A stretch of DNA of 63,175 nucleotides, taken from assembly GCA_026388765.1 (NCBI GenBank), contig JAPLJC010000198.1, forward strand, positions 1 through 63,175, read 5' to 3'. How positions within the stretch are numbered: position 1 is the first letter of the stretch; the number at the start of each line of letters is the position of its first letter. The position numbers and the translations under genes were made by a program. Below the pieces are notes generated by a model, which saw only the letters and a list, made by a program, of their open reading frames with translations, was not told the DNA's origin and did not search any database. The stretch is from Deltaproteobacteria bacterium (lineage in GTDB: Bacteria; Desulfobacterota; Desulfobaccia; Desulfobaccales; 0-14-0-80-60-11). Positions 62,496 through 63,175 of the stretch are shown one piece after another.

Positions 62496-63175
62496 CTATT
62501 CCTCAGCTAACCGAGACATAAGCTGGGGCCGATCCAGCAAATCACGTCCCAGGACCACCTTGATGGCCATCCCCTGGTTGAGCCTGGAACTGGGGGTCAA
62601 TTGGGCCCCGGGAAAAATCTCGGAGTTCAGCGCCCGGGCTACCTTTTCCGCCCCGGCCCGGTAGTAAATCACCGTGGTTTCCGCCCCGAAATCGATATGG
62701 TTGCCGATAATTCCAACACTGAACCCTTCTCTGGACAACAGACTCCGGGCCCGGTGGGCCAGGTTCTGGCTGCGGGTGCCATTCCGTATTTCAATGAGCG
62801 TGCCCATTAGCTCGGCAGCGGTCAAGGGCCCCTTGGGAGCCGCAGTTTCGGCCGACGCCTGATTTTTCGCCGTTGGCCCGGCCGCCAACGCGGCTGCCTG
62901 AACTTGCGGCTTATCGGGCCCGGCTTTGGCCGGGGCCGCAACGGTTACCGGGGCAGCCGGTTCCTTGGCGGCCACGGATTGAGGCGACGGCCCCGCCGCC
63001 AACGCTTTGGCATTAACGACCGGCGGGGACTCTGCCAACCTTTCTCCGGTTAACTGGGCCATGATCTGAGGCTGATCCAGCAAATCGTGTCCCAGCAACA
63101 CCCTGATAGCTACCCCATTTTTGAGCCTGGCACTCTGTTCCAACTTGGCCTCGGGGAAAATCTCAAAGTTCAGCG
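62496..63175 (-). CDS. LytR_C-repeat protein (5' end outside window)
   Basis: C-terminal LytR_C-like unit IEIRNGTRSQNLAHRARSLLSREGFSVGIIGNHIDFGAETTVIYY...MAIKVVLGRDLLD. The frame stays open to the window edge, where (A)LNFEIFPEAKLEQSARLKNGVAIRVLLGHDLLD repeats the same unit. Met 63143 in the track is therefore internal. Confidence 0.7.
   Translation of the reverse strand, partial: LNFEIFPEAKLEQSARLKNGVAIRVLLGHDLLDQPQIMAQLTGERLAESPPVVNAKALAAGPSPQSVAAKEPAAPVTVAAPAKAGPDKPQVQAAALAAGPTAKNQASAETAAPKGPLTAAELMGTLIEIRNGTRSQNLAHRARSLLSREGFSVGIIGNHIDFGAETTVIYYRAGAEKVARALNSEIFPGAQLTPSSRLNQGMAIKVVLGRDLLDRPQLMSRLAEE

Overview
This 63,175-bp chromosomal window has a GC-rich backbone. Its gene content looks like an anaerobic, selenocysteine-using Desulfobacterota (deltaproteobacterium-like) organism; that is an inference from gene content only.

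Gene order, left to right:
- guaB (partial), ppx/gppA-family and hpt, all on the minus strand.
- A secreted nine-heme c-type cytochrome.
- A minus-strand signalling block: sigma54 enhancer-binding regulator, REC-PAS histidine kinase, Cys-rich multi-PAS kinase, ACT-repeat protein and a CheY-like regulator.
- A Wood-Ljungdahl-type methylene-THF reductase / Hdr-like operon: receiver-like gene, metF paralogue, HdrA with an inserted GltD/NfnB-like module, a second HdrA-like ORF, MvhD, metV and metF. MvhD carries an in-frame TGA selenocysteine codon that the ORF track misses.
- mgtA, then two small exported proteins.
- A ~20-kb Wzx/Wzy-type polysaccharide locus with a visibly AT-rich centre. It encodes a lipoprotein, a large OPX, a beta-barrel, a PCP, a flippase, three methyltransferases, four glycosyltransferases, an acetyltransferase, Wzy, an IS110 remnant and a priming phosphoglycosyl transferase.
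- SLT, glnS, an orphan radical SAM gene and an AT-rich XRE/ImmA-IrrE two-gene islet.
- polX, gap, glnB, an alkA-like gene, DUF488, ubiE with a coupled methyltransferase, and qor.
- A second kinase/bEBP pair, a TPR lipoprotein and a LytR_C-repeat protein (partial).

I saw no rRNA, tRNA or CRISPR array. Most long ORFs lying antisense to these genes are GC-frame artefacts. Nothing matches a named defence system.

The most unusual items are:
1. The HdrBC-less, NfnB-fused, two-MetF MTHFR operon with Sec-MvhD, headed by a degenerate receiver and followed by a CheY/ACT/Cys-PAS-kinase module.
2. The polysaccharide island with an OPX plus beta-barrel pair and a heavily methylating AT-rich core.
3. Several families of intergenic palindromic repeats and candidate operators.
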